Under the pieces are notes generated by a model. The model worked only from the letters and a program-made list of their open reading frames with translations, did not search any database and was not told where the DNA came from. Both the position numbers and the translations under genes were made by a program. From assembly GCA_037134915.1 (NCBI GenBank), contig JBAXLJ010000002.1:192935-256934 (forward strand): DNA of 64,000 nucleotides, written 5' to 3'. Source of the DNA: Candidatus Falkowbacteria bacterium (GTDB lineage Bacteria; Patescibacteriota; Patescibacteriia; Patescibacteriales; UBA12465). Below, one piece after another: positions 54,012 through 61,508 of the stretch (the stretch's first letter is position 1; each line of letters opens with the position of its first letter).

Positions 54012-55490
54012 ATGGAAAATGCTAATCAATTAGAGAGCACCGGTAGCGAGCGAGATGATCGCTTACTTAAATTAGCCGAGCTTAAAAATTTAGGAATTGC
54101 TGCTTATCCAGCTAAAGTGAAGCGGGATAAGATGGTGTCTGAGGTTTTAGCTGACTTTGATTCTTTAGCAGAAAATAAACAAGAGTTTTATGTGGCTGGA
54201 CGTTTGCGCGCTAAAAGGGAACATGGCAATTTGGCCTTCGCTAATTTAGAAGATGCTTCCGGCAATCTTCAATTAGCTTTTTCCAAAAAAGATTTAGGCG
54301 CTGATAGCTATAAAACATTTATTAAATTGATTGATACGGCTGATTTTATTCAAGCTAAAGGTTATTCTTTTCTAACTCATAAGGGTGAAAAAAGTCTTTT
54401 TGTAACCGAATGGCAATTACTGACTAAGGCCTTACGACCCATTCCTGATGCTTGGTATGGCTTAAAAGATGAAGAAGATCGACTCAGAAAACGTTATTTA
54501 GATATTCTGCTTAATCCGGAACTTCGAGAAATGTTTTATAAGAAAGCCCTATTTTGGGAAGTAACCCGTGATTTTATGAAACGCCATGGTTTTTTTGAGG
54601 TGGAGACACCGACCATTGAAGTTAGTACCGGTGGCGCTGAAGCTAACCCCTTTAAAACTCATCATGATGATTTTGATATTGATGTCTTTATGAGAATTTC
54701 AGTTGGTGAATTATGGCAAAAAAGATTAATGGCGGCTGGCTACGAAAGAGTTTTTGAAGTTGGACGAGTATATCGAAATGAAGGTTCCAGTGCTGACCAT
54801 TTACAGGAATTTACTAATATGGAATTCTATTGGGCTTACGCTGACTACGAAATGGGTATGAAATTAGCTCAAGAATTATATCAAGAAATCGCCCTCAAAG
54901 TTTTTGGTCGCACTAATTTTACAACTAAAGGTTTTGCCTATGATTTAGCTGGCGATTGGCCTAAAATTGATTATCGCGACACCGTGCTGGCAAATACCGG
55001 CATCGATGTTTTGAGTGCCACTGAAGACCAAATGAGAGCTAAATTAGAAGAGCTGCAAGTTAAATATGAAGGAGCTAACCGAGAAAGATTAATGGATACG
55101 CTCTGGAAATATTGTCGCAAAACTATTGCTGGCCCAGCCTTTTTAATTAATCATCCAAAACTGGTTTCACCGCTGTCTAAGGCTAAAACTGATAATCCAG
55201 AATTAACCGAAAGGTTTCAAATTATTATTGCCGGCTCGGAAGTTGGCAATGGTTTCTCCGAACTCAACGATCCAATTGATCAAAGAGAGCGTTTTGAATT
55301 ACAAGAAAAACTAATTGACCGGGGTGATAAAGAGGCGATGATGCCTGACTGGGAATTTGTCGAAATGCTAGAACACGGAATGCCACCGACTTGTGGCTTC
55401 GGCTTTGGTGAAAGATTATTTGCTTTCTTAGTTGATAAGCCAGTTCGAGAAACCACTTTATTTCCTCTAATGAAACCAAAAGCGGAATAA
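54012..55490 (+). CDS. lysS: Lysine--tRNA ligase, class II
   Basis: RLRKRYLDIL, FFEVETP, FRNEG-type motif 2 (VYRNEGSSADHLQEFT) and motif 3 (GFGFGERL). The ATG at 54012 is preferred over 53913. Confidence 0.95.
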   Translation: MENANQLESTGSERDDRLLKLAELKNLGIAAYPAKVKRDKMVSEVLADFDSLAENKQEFYVAGRLRAKREHGNLAFANLEDASGNLQLAFSKKDLGADSYKTFIKLIDTADFIQAKGYSFLTHKGEKSLFVTEWQLLTKALRPIPDAWYGLKDEEDRLRKRYLDILLNPELREMFYKKALFWEVTRDFMKRHGFFEVETPTIEVSTGGAEANPFKTHHDDFDIDVFMRISVGELWQKRLMAAGYERVFEVGRVYRNEGSSADHLQEFTNMEFYWAYADYEMGMKLAQELYQEIALKVFGRTNFTTKGFAYDLAGDWPKIDYRDTVLANTGIDVLSATEDQMRAKLEELQVKYEGANRERLMDTLWKYCRKTIAGPAFLINHPKLVSPLSKAKTDNPELTERFQIIIAGSEVGNGFSELNDPIDQRERFELQEKLIDRGDKEAMMPDWEFVEMLEHGMPPTCGFGFGERLFAFLVDKPVRETTLFPLMKPKAE

Positions 55491-55511
55491 AATTATAATG
55501 ACCATAATAGT

Positions 55512-56273
55512 ATGATTAAAAAATTCTTACAGGATATTGGTTTAAATGAAAAAGAAGTCAGCATCTATTTGGAATTGCTCCGAGTTGATAATAACTCAGT
55601 TTTAGATTTGGCCAAGAAGACTGGTATTTTGCGAACTTCGATTTATTCCATTATTGAATCATTAAAAGAGAAGGGCTTGGTTTCCGAAATTGAAGTTGGC
55701 AAGAAAATTAATTTCCAAGCAGAACCGCCAGAAAGAATTGCGGCCTTTATTGAATCACAGCGATTAAAAGTTGAAGAACAGTCTCAACTGGCTAATGAAT
55801 TTATTCCGCAGCTTCGAAGTTTGTCCCGTCAAACTGGAGAAAAACCAGTGGTTAAAGTTTATGAAGGGCGCGAAGGTATCTTCAAGGCTAACGAAGAATC
55901 ATTCGGATACGGAAAATCAAACCAAAATGACACTGCTTACTTTATCTACCCTTACGATTTAATTGAAAATCTATTTTCTGGACAGGAAATAAAAAAATCC
56001 AGTACACAGCGAATTAATCGCCGCATTAAATCACGAGCTATTTATACTTATTCTAAGGGCGACCGACCTAAAAGCGAAGACTCTATCAGATTAAAAATAG
56101 ACGGCCAAAAATATCCGATTAAGTGCGATATCAGCATCTTTAAAGATATGATTCGCATCCACACCTTAGGCAAATCTCTTTCGTCTTTAGTGATAAAAAG
56201 TCAAGATATCGCTGACACTCTTAAGTCTTTATTTGAAGCTGTCTTTGATAGTCAAAAAAAGCTTGAAAAATAA
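55512..56273 (+). CDS. TrmB-like HTH transcriptional regulator
   Basis: N-terminal wHTH LGLNEKEVSIYLELLRVDNNSVLDLAKKTGILRTSIYSIIESLKEKGLV. Confidence 0.7.
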   Translation: MIKKFLQDIGLNEKEVSIYLELLRVDNNSVLDLAKKTGILRTSIYSIIESLKEKGLVSEIEVGKKINFQAEPPERIAAFIESQRLKVEEQSQLANEFIPQLRSLSRQTGEKPVVKVYEGREGIFKANEESFGYGKSNQNDTAYFIYPYDLIENLFSGQEIKKSSTQRINRRIKSRAIYTYSKGDRPKSEDSIRLKIDGQKYPIKCDISIFKDMIRIHTLGKSLSSLVIKSQDIADTLKSLFEAVFDSQKKLEK

Positions 56274-56532
56274 AAAAAGGGTCGCCTGCTTGTGCAAACG
56301 ACCCCATTACCAAAATTAAAACTTTTTTCGATTAGCCCCTCTAAGGAGCTTCATTAAAATTTTCCAGAAAACAAATTTTTTTAATCACCCACTTTCGGCC
56401 TCCTTTCTTAAAAATTAAATTTACAAATCACTATAAGAGACATAAGACCCACTTAGGGCGAAGGTGGCGCTGATGCAGCACCAACCTTCGTTAAGTTTTA
56501 GTCTTGCATGGCTCCTCCTTTTTTAAGTTGTT
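56272..56532 (-). ncRNA. Candidate ~260-nt non-coding transcript (promoter-to-terminator unit without ORF)
   Basis: Minus-strand promoter at 56567-56539. Minus-strand terminator GGGTCG-n14-CGACCC plus TTTTTTT (56304-56272). Internal hairpin CGAAGGTTGG..CCACCTTCG. Two strong AGGAGG motifs, each followed by a 3-codon mini-ORF. The longest ORF is ~14 codons. Confidence 0.4.
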
Positions 56533-56538
56533 GCTAAG

Positions 56539-56567
56539 AATCTAACATATAAAAAAATTATTGTCAA
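56539..56567 (-). promoter_or_regulatory. Sigma-70-type promoter (minus strand)
   Basis: TTGACA (56567-56562), a 17-nt spacer, then TAGATT (56544-56539). Confidence 0.45.
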
Positions 56568-56803
56568 TATTATTATTAAAACGTTTTATTTTAAATACAG
56601 AAAATATTTTAATATTAAACAAAAAAACTAGTAAAGCGGTTACTACGTCAAAAGTTTTCCACAGATATAGCGATAGTTTCTAATATTTTTTAATTTTTTG
56701 GTTATTTTTATAAAAGAGTTTATAATTTAAAACATTTTATTTTATACAAAGTCCTATTAATTAGGCCTTTTTTATTATCTATAATTAAAAGTGACAAATA
56801 CTA

Positions 56804-56832
56804 TTGACAAATATTTAGATATAATCTAGACT
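56804..56832 (+). promoter_or_regulatory. Promoter-like element upstream of the structured leader
   Basis: TTGACA (56804-56809), a 17-nt spacer, then TAGACT (56827-56832). A TATAAT at 56820-56825 has the wrong spacing. Ambiguous in AT-rich DNA. Confidence 0.35.
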
Positions 56833-56861
56833 CTCTTTACGAGTTATTTTGGTTCTTTTTA

Positions 56862-57133
56862 AAAGGCTTAATGCAGTTGCTAATACAAACGGAGTATTAG
56901 CATAGCCTTTCGAGCACGTGATTATTAGCTATCTTAAGCAAAAGCATATCCGTCTTGCCGAGCTCGCCGAGCTACAAGTATGATAATGCGACGGGATACC
57001 CCCAATTTAAGGGGGTGCAGGGAAAAGCCCTGCTAGTTCGAAAAATCGACATAAAAGTCGAAAACTGTTTGGGGCAATTTTTCGAAATTGCCCCTCAACT
57101 CTAGTTTCTAAATACTTGGAAACTGAAGTTGAG
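56862..57133 (+). promoter_or_regulatory. Highly structured non-coding leader (seven consecutive hairpins) upstream of the 57160 operon
   Basis: Hairpins at 56862-56910, 56947-56998, 56999-57015 (CCCCC/GGGGG), 57017-57033 (GCAGGG/CCCTGC), 57046-57061, 57071-57094 (10 bp + UUCG loop) and 57095-57133. None is followed by a U-tract. Confidence 0.5.
56928..56973 (+). repeat. Tentative diverged copy of the 28-nt tRNA-end-like element
   Basis: ..CTATCTTA[agcaaaagca]TATCCGTCTTGCCGAGCT compared with copy C CAATCTTATCCCTGTCTCCGAGCA. CCGAGCT is duplicated (56958-56964 and 56967-56973). Confidence 0.25.
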
Positions 57134-57159
57134 TTTGAACCTTTAAAATTAAATATAAG

Positions 57160-57774
57160 ATGAAAAAGAAAGTTAAACGCCCGGAACTGAAAGATTTATT
57201 TTGCGATCAAATAAATCAGTTGCTAAAGCTCGGCTATCCATCTGAGATTATCAGCCGTTTTAAATCTAAAGAAACTGATTTACTAGATGTTTGCGAGAAC
57301 TTAGATTTTTTAGAAGAACAAACACCCTTTATGCCGGTGGTGCCTGAAAAAGTTTTAGCTTATCGCGATCAAGCGAGTCTTGTCTCTAAAATGCCTTATC
57401 TTAAAAACACTTTAGATGTTCGAGGCTGGCGCCATCATTTACTGGAGAAACTTCAAAATACCTATATTCCAAATTTTTCCAGCCAACCCTATTACCTTGT
57501 TGGAGTAGTTATAGCCGAGGAACCCGAATTAAACGGTCTTTTAAAAATAAATCATGAGGAAGGATTTGCAATCACCGCTTTAAAACCAGAGCTGTTAAAA
57601 CATCAACGAATGCTAGCCGCTACGGCCTGCGATTGGGAAGGTGACGAAACAGCCGTGATTCATTTAACGGTCTTAGAAGCGGGCTTTAACGAATATTATA
57701 TTGCCGCTGATTGGCGCACCGCCAAAAGATGTCAGAACCTCTCTTATGGTTTTTGCCAAAGTAGATTAATCTAA
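57160..57774 (+). CDS. Hypothetical protein (204 aa), no recognised domain
   Basis: Long ORF following the structured leader. First of three co-oriented genes. Confidence 0.55.
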   Translation: MKKKVKRPELKDLFCDQINQLLKLGYPSEIISRFKSKETDLLDVCENLDFLEEQTPFMPVVPEKVLAYRDQASLVSKMPYLKNTLDVRGWRHHLLEKLQNTYIPNFSSQPYYLVGVVIAEEPELNGLLKINHEEGFAITALKPELLKHQRMLAATACDWEGDETAVIHLTVLEAGFNEYYIAADWRTAKRCQNLSYGFCQSRLI

Positions 57775-57801
57775 AAAATCAAACCACTAAAACACTACCA
57801 G

Positions 57802-58302
57802 ATGAAAGCATTATTTATTTTGATTATTAGTCTTATGTCCTTCTTTTCGCTAAATTCTTTAGCTGATGATAACAAGGCTTTCTTAGAAAGTTTTGTTAAG
57901 ACCGTTAAATTAAATGAGCACCGGTTTCAGGACATCAATTTAGTTTATCCGGGGGACACGGTCATGGTTGTTGGCAAGGGGATTACTCCAATTGCAATCT
58001 TGCCAAGAGATAGCTTACCTGGTTATCATGATTGCGTTTGGTACGCGGTCAAGCGCTCTCTAAGACAAAGCAACGGGGTTCCAAAGTTAAAACCGCTTAT
58101 AAATAAAATTGATGAAAAAATTAATTTTAATTTATCAGATTTTATTAAAGATAACCCGGCTTTAATAATTACCTCTTTACTGGCAGGGATTTTTCTATTG
58201 CTACTTTTATTAATAATACTGATGGCCGTAAGAAGGCCGATAATTATTAATAATAATTTATCCTGTCATCATCCGCCAACCGTACCACCGACCACGGTTT
58301 AA
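57802..58302 (+). CDS. Hypothetical exported, C-terminally anchored protein
   Basis: Signal peptide MKALFILIISLMSFFSLNSLA. C-terminal TM ALIITSLLAGIFLLLLLLIILMAV and a Pro-rich tail. A 10-bp hairpin without a U-tract follows (58310-58334). Confidence 0.55.
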   Translation: MKALFILIISLMSFFSLNSLADDNKAFLESFVKTVKLNEHRFQDINLVYPGDTVMVVGKGITPIAILPRDSLPGYHDCVWYAVKRSLRQSNGVPKLKPLINKIDEKINFNLSDFIKDNPALIITSLLAGIFLLLLLLIILMAVRRPIIINNNLSCHHPPTVPPTTV

Positions 58303-58368
58303 GATAAATCCGGGACTCACAAACTGAGTCCCGGTAAATTATTCATTTTCATCTAAACAATAGTAATA

Positions 58369-59166
58369 ATGGAAAAATTCAGAATTTTAGTAATCGATGA
58401 TAAAATAGCTAATTTAGAAGCGGCCGAAAAACAGTTTGCCGAAAAAAACGTTGAATTAATTGTGATGGGGACCTATGCCGGAGCTGTCTACTTTATTAAC
58501 AATGAACATTTCGATATCGTCCTGTCAGATTTAATGTTGCCAGGAGATGACGAGGGTATAAGTTGTAACAACCCGGAAATTGGTCAAGATGTGCCTTATG
58601 GTTTATTGCTAGCCATCCTCGCCAAAAATAGAGGCGTGGAAAAAGTGGCCATTTTAACCGATATCAGTCATCATGCGGGACCAATTGCCTGGTCAATGGA
58701 CAAACTTATGGGTATTAATCCTTTTGTTAGCTGCTTTAGTCATAAAAATTGGTTAGAAGTGGCTTCAAAATTTGTTGAGATAGGATCTGTTTCCGCTGAA
58801 ACTGAGGTACCATTTCACACGCCAACCGTTTTATTAGCCGGCCACGGTGATGATTTTAAAAGAAGTATTCAAAAAGAGATTTCAAGTAAATTTAAAGTAA
58901 TTTTTATTGAAGAGGAGTCTAATTTTGCCAGAACTTTTAATCGATTCATTGGTTATAAGCCGAATTTTACTATAATTGTTGGCGAGATAACCAAGGAACT
59001 GAAGGAAAGCAGCTTGAATATCGGGCGTATTTTTAAAGATTTGCAAGGTGTAAAAACTTCGGAACAGAAAGTTTTTGCTCTAGGTTTTTTGCCTCATAAT
59101 CATCCCGATTATGTCCAGCTGCCGCTTAGTATTAGCGAGATTCTAACACGAACCGGTTTAGTATAA
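58369..59166 (+). CDS. Receiver-domain protein with uncharacterised C-terminal half
   Basis: FRILVIDDK.. and FDIVLSDLMLPG show an intact acidic pocket and phospho-acceptor Asp. The C-terminal ~130 aa (TVLLAGHGDD..KVIFIEEE..FTIIVGE) may be a second degenerate flavodoxin-like domain. No output domain recognised. Confidence 0.7.
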   Translation: MEKFRILVIDDKIANLEAAEKQFAEKNVELIVMGTYAGAVYFINNEHFDIVLSDLMLPGDDEGISCNNPEIGQDVPYGLLLAILAKNRGVEKVAILTDISHHAGPIAWSMDKLMGINPFVSCFSHKNWLEVASKFVEIGSVSAETEVPFHTPTVLLAGHGDDFKRSIQKEISSKFKVIFIEEESNFARTFNRFIGYKPNFTIIVGEITKELKESSLNIGRIFKDLQGVKTSEQKVFALGFLPHNHPDYVQLPLSISEILTRTGLV

Positions 59167-59177
59167 ATTTTAAAGTA

Positions 59178-59206
59178 AGCGCCAGCAAAAAGTTGGTGCT
59201 TTTTTT
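59178..59206 (+). terminator. Rho-independent terminator
   Basis: AGCGCCAGC-aaaaa-GTTGGTGCT (two G-U pairs) plus TTTTTT. Confidence 0.7.
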
Positions 59207-59218
59207 ATAAGCGGCAGC

Positions 59219-59247
59219 TTGAATAATCTTTTTTTAAATGCTATAAA
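59219..59247 (+). promoter_or_regulatory. Promoter of tRNA-Gln
   Basis: TTGAAT, a 17-nt spacer, then TGcTATAAA. It lies ~20 nt upstream of the tRNA 5' end. Confidence 0.5.
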
Positions 59248-59266
59248 TAAAAGCGTATTAAATCAT

Positions 59267-59337
59267 TCGGGGATCGTCTAATGGTAGGACTCAAGCCTCT
59301 GAAGTTTGCTATCTTGGTTCGAATCCAAGTCCCCGAG
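59267..59337 (+). tRNA. tRNA-Gln (anticodon CUG); CCA not encoded
   Basis: Acceptor TCGGGGA/TCCCCGA with U1-A72 and discriminator G, as in bacterial tRNA-Gln. Anticodon stem CAAGC/GTTTG with loop CTCTGAA. T arm CTTGG-TTCGAAT-CCAAG. Confidence 0.9.
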
Positions 59338-59350
59338 CAAAACACAAAAT

Positions 59351-59375
59351 CAGGCTTTAAAAGCCTGTTTTTGTT
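59351..59375 (+). terminator. Terminator of tRNA-Gln
   Basis: CAGGCTT-taa-AAGCCTG plus TTTTTGTTT. Confidence 0.75.
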
Positions 59376-59473
59376 TGAATATTAGATATATTTTAAGTTC
59401 AAACGTGGTTCGAACATTTTTTGGATATTTATGTCATTTTATAGAAAACCCCCGATTTTATTGGCCTATATTA

Positions 59474-59489
59474 GTTCGAATCCCGTTCC
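59474..59489 (+). repeat. Degenerate T-loop-like fragment (GTTCGAATCCCGTTCC)
   Basis: Matches the tRNA T-loop region but lacks the CCGAGCA end. A second fragment, GGTTCGAAC, lies at 59407-59415. Confidence 0.35.
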
Positions 59490-59510
59490 TATTATTTTGA
59501 AATTAAATCA

Positions 59511-59519
59511 TGCTATAAT
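59511..59519 (+). promoter_or_regulatory. Extended -10 element TGCTATAAT (leaderless geometry)
   Basis: The -10 ends 8 nt before the ATG at 59528. Confidence 0.45.
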
Positions 59520-59527
59520 ACTAAAAT

Positions 59528-60259
59528 ATGAGTAAAAGAGAACTAAAAAATGTAACATTATTAGGCATTGACTGTGTCGATGTTGAGAGACTTAGATTGG
59601 CAGTGAGTATTTGTCAAAACAATTTTGAGTTTGCAGAAGTTAAAATTCTAACTTCTTTAGATGTGGCTTATAAAGAAAATGTTGTTAAAATAAAAGCTAT
59701 AAACTCGACTGAAGAATATTCCAATTTTATAATTAATGATCTTTGGGGATATATCAACACGTCTCATGTCCTACTAGTTCAATATGATGGTTTTATACTC
59801 AACCCTGAAGCCTGGACTGATGAATATTTAGATTACGATTATATTGGCGCACCTTGGTTAGTAGCTGACTGGTCAGTTACTAATTTTTCCTTCCCTCAAG
59901 AACTAGTTGGAAAATTTGTAGTTGGCAATGGTGGCTTTAGTTTAAGAAGTAAAAAGATTTTAGCACTAACATCGCAATTATCTAAAACTGGAAAAATCGC
60001 TAAGTTACACCCAGAAGATGTTTCTATTTGTGTTTGGTATCGGCAACTTTTTGAGGATGAGGGGATAAAATTTGCACCCCTTACCTTAGCAAAAAAATTT
60101 AGTTTTGAATCAGAGGATAAAGATAATTATTTTTGGGATGGACAATTTGGTTTTCACGGTCTTAAATGGACCGATATATCAAAATGGGCCAAAATACACC
60201 CTGAATATAAAATAGATAATCCGGCGATTGCGAAGAGTGAAAGATTAAAATGGCTATAA
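59528..60259 (+). CDS. DUF5672-like protein (putative glycosyltransferase-like fold)
   Basis: LLVQYDGFILNPEAW..YDYIGAPW..VGNGGFSLRSKKI resembles the DUF5672 pattern as I recall it. Needs an HMM check. Confidence 0.55.
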   Translation: MSKRELKNVTLLGIDCVDVERLRLAVSICQNNFEFAEVKILTSLDVAYKENVVKIKAINSTEEYSNFIINDLWGYINTSHVLLVQYDGFILNPEAWTDEYLDYDYIGAPWLVADWSVTNFSFPQELVGKFVVGNGGFSLRSKKILALTSQLSKTGKIAKLHPEDVSICVWYRQLFEDEGIKFAPLTLAKKFSFESEDKDNYFWDGQFGFHGLKWTDISKWAKIHPEYKIDNPAIAKSERLKWL

Positions 60260-60768
60260 AAAGTATGAAAATAAAATTAGACGAGAAAGTAATGTCCGGA
60301 CTCCGCTGGATAGTCACTATTCTGGATAGAAATAAAATACCCTATAAGATTGGTGGCGGTTTTGCTGCTAAAGTTTATGGTTCGCCCAGAGAAGTGAACG
60401 ACATCGACATATCTCTCTCTGGTGAATATTTTGATATGATTGTTTCTGAAGTTTCTGATTATATCACGGCTGGGCCAAAGCATTATCTAAATGAAAAATG
60501 GGATTGCAATACTTTATCGGTGAATTATCAAGGGCAAGATATTGACATGACAGACGTTGATACTTTAAAAATGACTAATTTAGAAAAGACTGAATGGTTT
60601 AATGTTAAAGAAAAGAGGTTATATGATGGCATTATTACGGATATTAATGGGGTTGCCGTTTCCATAATGGATCCTCGTGATCTTATTTCATATAAAAAAT
60701 TACTAGGAGGAGAGCACCAACAAATTGATGTTGATGCTATTCAGATCTATTTAGATAAAAATGTTTAG
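60250..60768 (+). CDS. Minimal nucleotidyltransferase-fold protein (Lnu/ANT(2'')-like family)
   Basis: IPYKIGGGFAAKVYGSPREVNDIDISL carries the G-[GS]-x(9-13)-D-x-D pattern of Pol-beta-type NTases. Overlaps the upstream gene by 10 nt (ATGGCTATAA). Confidence 0.6.
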   Translation: MAIKSMKIKLDEKVMSGLRWIVTILDRNKIPYKIGGGFAAKVYGSPREVNDIDISLSGEYFDMIVSEVSDYITAGPKHYLNEKWDCNTLSVNYQGQDIDMTDVDTLKMTNLEKTEWFNVKEKRLYDGIITDINGVAVSIMDPRDLISYKKLLGGEHQQIDVDAIQIYLDKNV

Positions 60769-60856
60769 TATTATTAAGAATTACCAGGATTAAGGAGAAG
60801 TGCTTTTTAAATCAGTGGATTGAGCCCCTAATTCTCATCTAATCTTAGCCACACTA

Positions 60857-60884
60857 GTTCGAACTTCGTCCACGACCCCGAGCA
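60857..60884 (+). repeat. 28-nt tRNA-3'-end-like element, copy B
   Basis: GTTCGAACTTCGTCCACGACCCCGAGCA, followed by the hairpin AATAGCAC-gttta-GTGCTATT plus TTTGTT (60894-60919). Confidence 0.7.
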
Positions 60885-60916
60885 CGTTGACAAAATAGCA
60901 CGTTTAGTGCTATTTT

Positions 60917-60925
60917 TGTTATAAT
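60917..60925 (+). promoter_or_regulatory. Extended -10 element TGTTATAAT
   Basis: Directly after the copy-B hairpin, 26 nt upstream of the ATG at 60952. Confidence 0.5.
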
Positions 60926-60951
60926 AAAAAGAAAATTAACAATTTAAATAT

Positions 60952-61281
60952 ATGACTATGAAAATTTTTAATAAGTTAGTAAGGGATAAAATTCCTGAAA
61001 TAATAGAGGCAGAAAATAAAATTCCTAAAATAAAAATTTTGAGTAACGATGAATATAAATTAGAACTACTCAAAAAATTAGTCGAAGAATCTAAAGAAGT
61101 CTTGGAAGCTAAAGATGATAAAGAAGATTTGATTAAAGAACTAGGAGATTTATTGGAGGTAATAGACTCCACTGTTAAAACTTTTAGTCTTAATTTAGAA
61201 GACATCTTAGTTTTAAAGGATAAAAGAAAACAAGAGAGAGGCGGATTCGATAAACAAATTTTCTTAGAAAGCGTTGAATAA
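60952..61281 (+). CDS. MazG-like/PRA-PH-like nucleoside triphosphate pyrophosphohydrolase
   Basis: KLVRDKIPEIIE.., ELGDLLEVI and ERGGFDKQIFL match the all-alpha NTP-PPase family. 109 aa. Confidence 0.75.
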   Translation: MTMKIFNKLVRDKIPEIIEAENKIPKIKILSNDEYKLELLKKLVEESKEVLEAKDDKEDLIKELGDLLEVIDSTVKTFSLNLEDILVLKDKRKQERGGFDKQIFLESVE

Positions 61282-61319
61282 TAACTAGGGGCATATATTT
61301 GCCTCTTTTTCATAAAAAA

Positions 61320-61347
61320 GTTCCAATCTTATCCCTGTCTCCGAGCA
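61320..61347 (+). repeat. 28-nt tRNA-3'-end-like element, copy C
   Basis: GTTCCAATCTTATCCCTGTCTCCGAGCA, followed by the hairpin ATAAGCT-attact-AGCTTAT plus TTTTTGTT (61357-61384). Confidence 0.8.
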
Positions 61348-61479
61348 CTAATAAAAATAAGCTATTACTAGCTTATTTTTTGTTGGATAGAGTAATCAAA
61401 ATATTTCTAAATGGTGATATATTTTAGCTAATATTCATATAAATAGTAGCTGTTCCAAAGTAAGATATGTATCTATATA

Positions 61480-61508
61480 TTGACATATATTATAAAATAT
61501 GATATTAT
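61480..61508 (+). promoter_or_regulatory. Sigma-70-type promoter of module 3
   Basis: TTGACA, a 17-nt spacer, then TGaTATTAT. Homologous to the promoter at 62218. Confidence 0.5.

Noticed and set aside
56655-56663. A chromosomal origin of replication suggested by the DnaA-box-like TTTTCCACA in an AT-rich spacer.
   Set aside because: There is only one box and no dnaA or dnaN nearby. parAB lie 21 kb away, and I found no cluster of boxes. This is insufficient for an oriC call. It is kept only as a weak note inside the AT-rich spacer finding.
59306-59500. 64-aa ORF in the track.
   Set aside because: It starts inside tRNA-Gln and runs through the tRNA terminator and AT-rich spacer, and it has no coding features. 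It is spurious.
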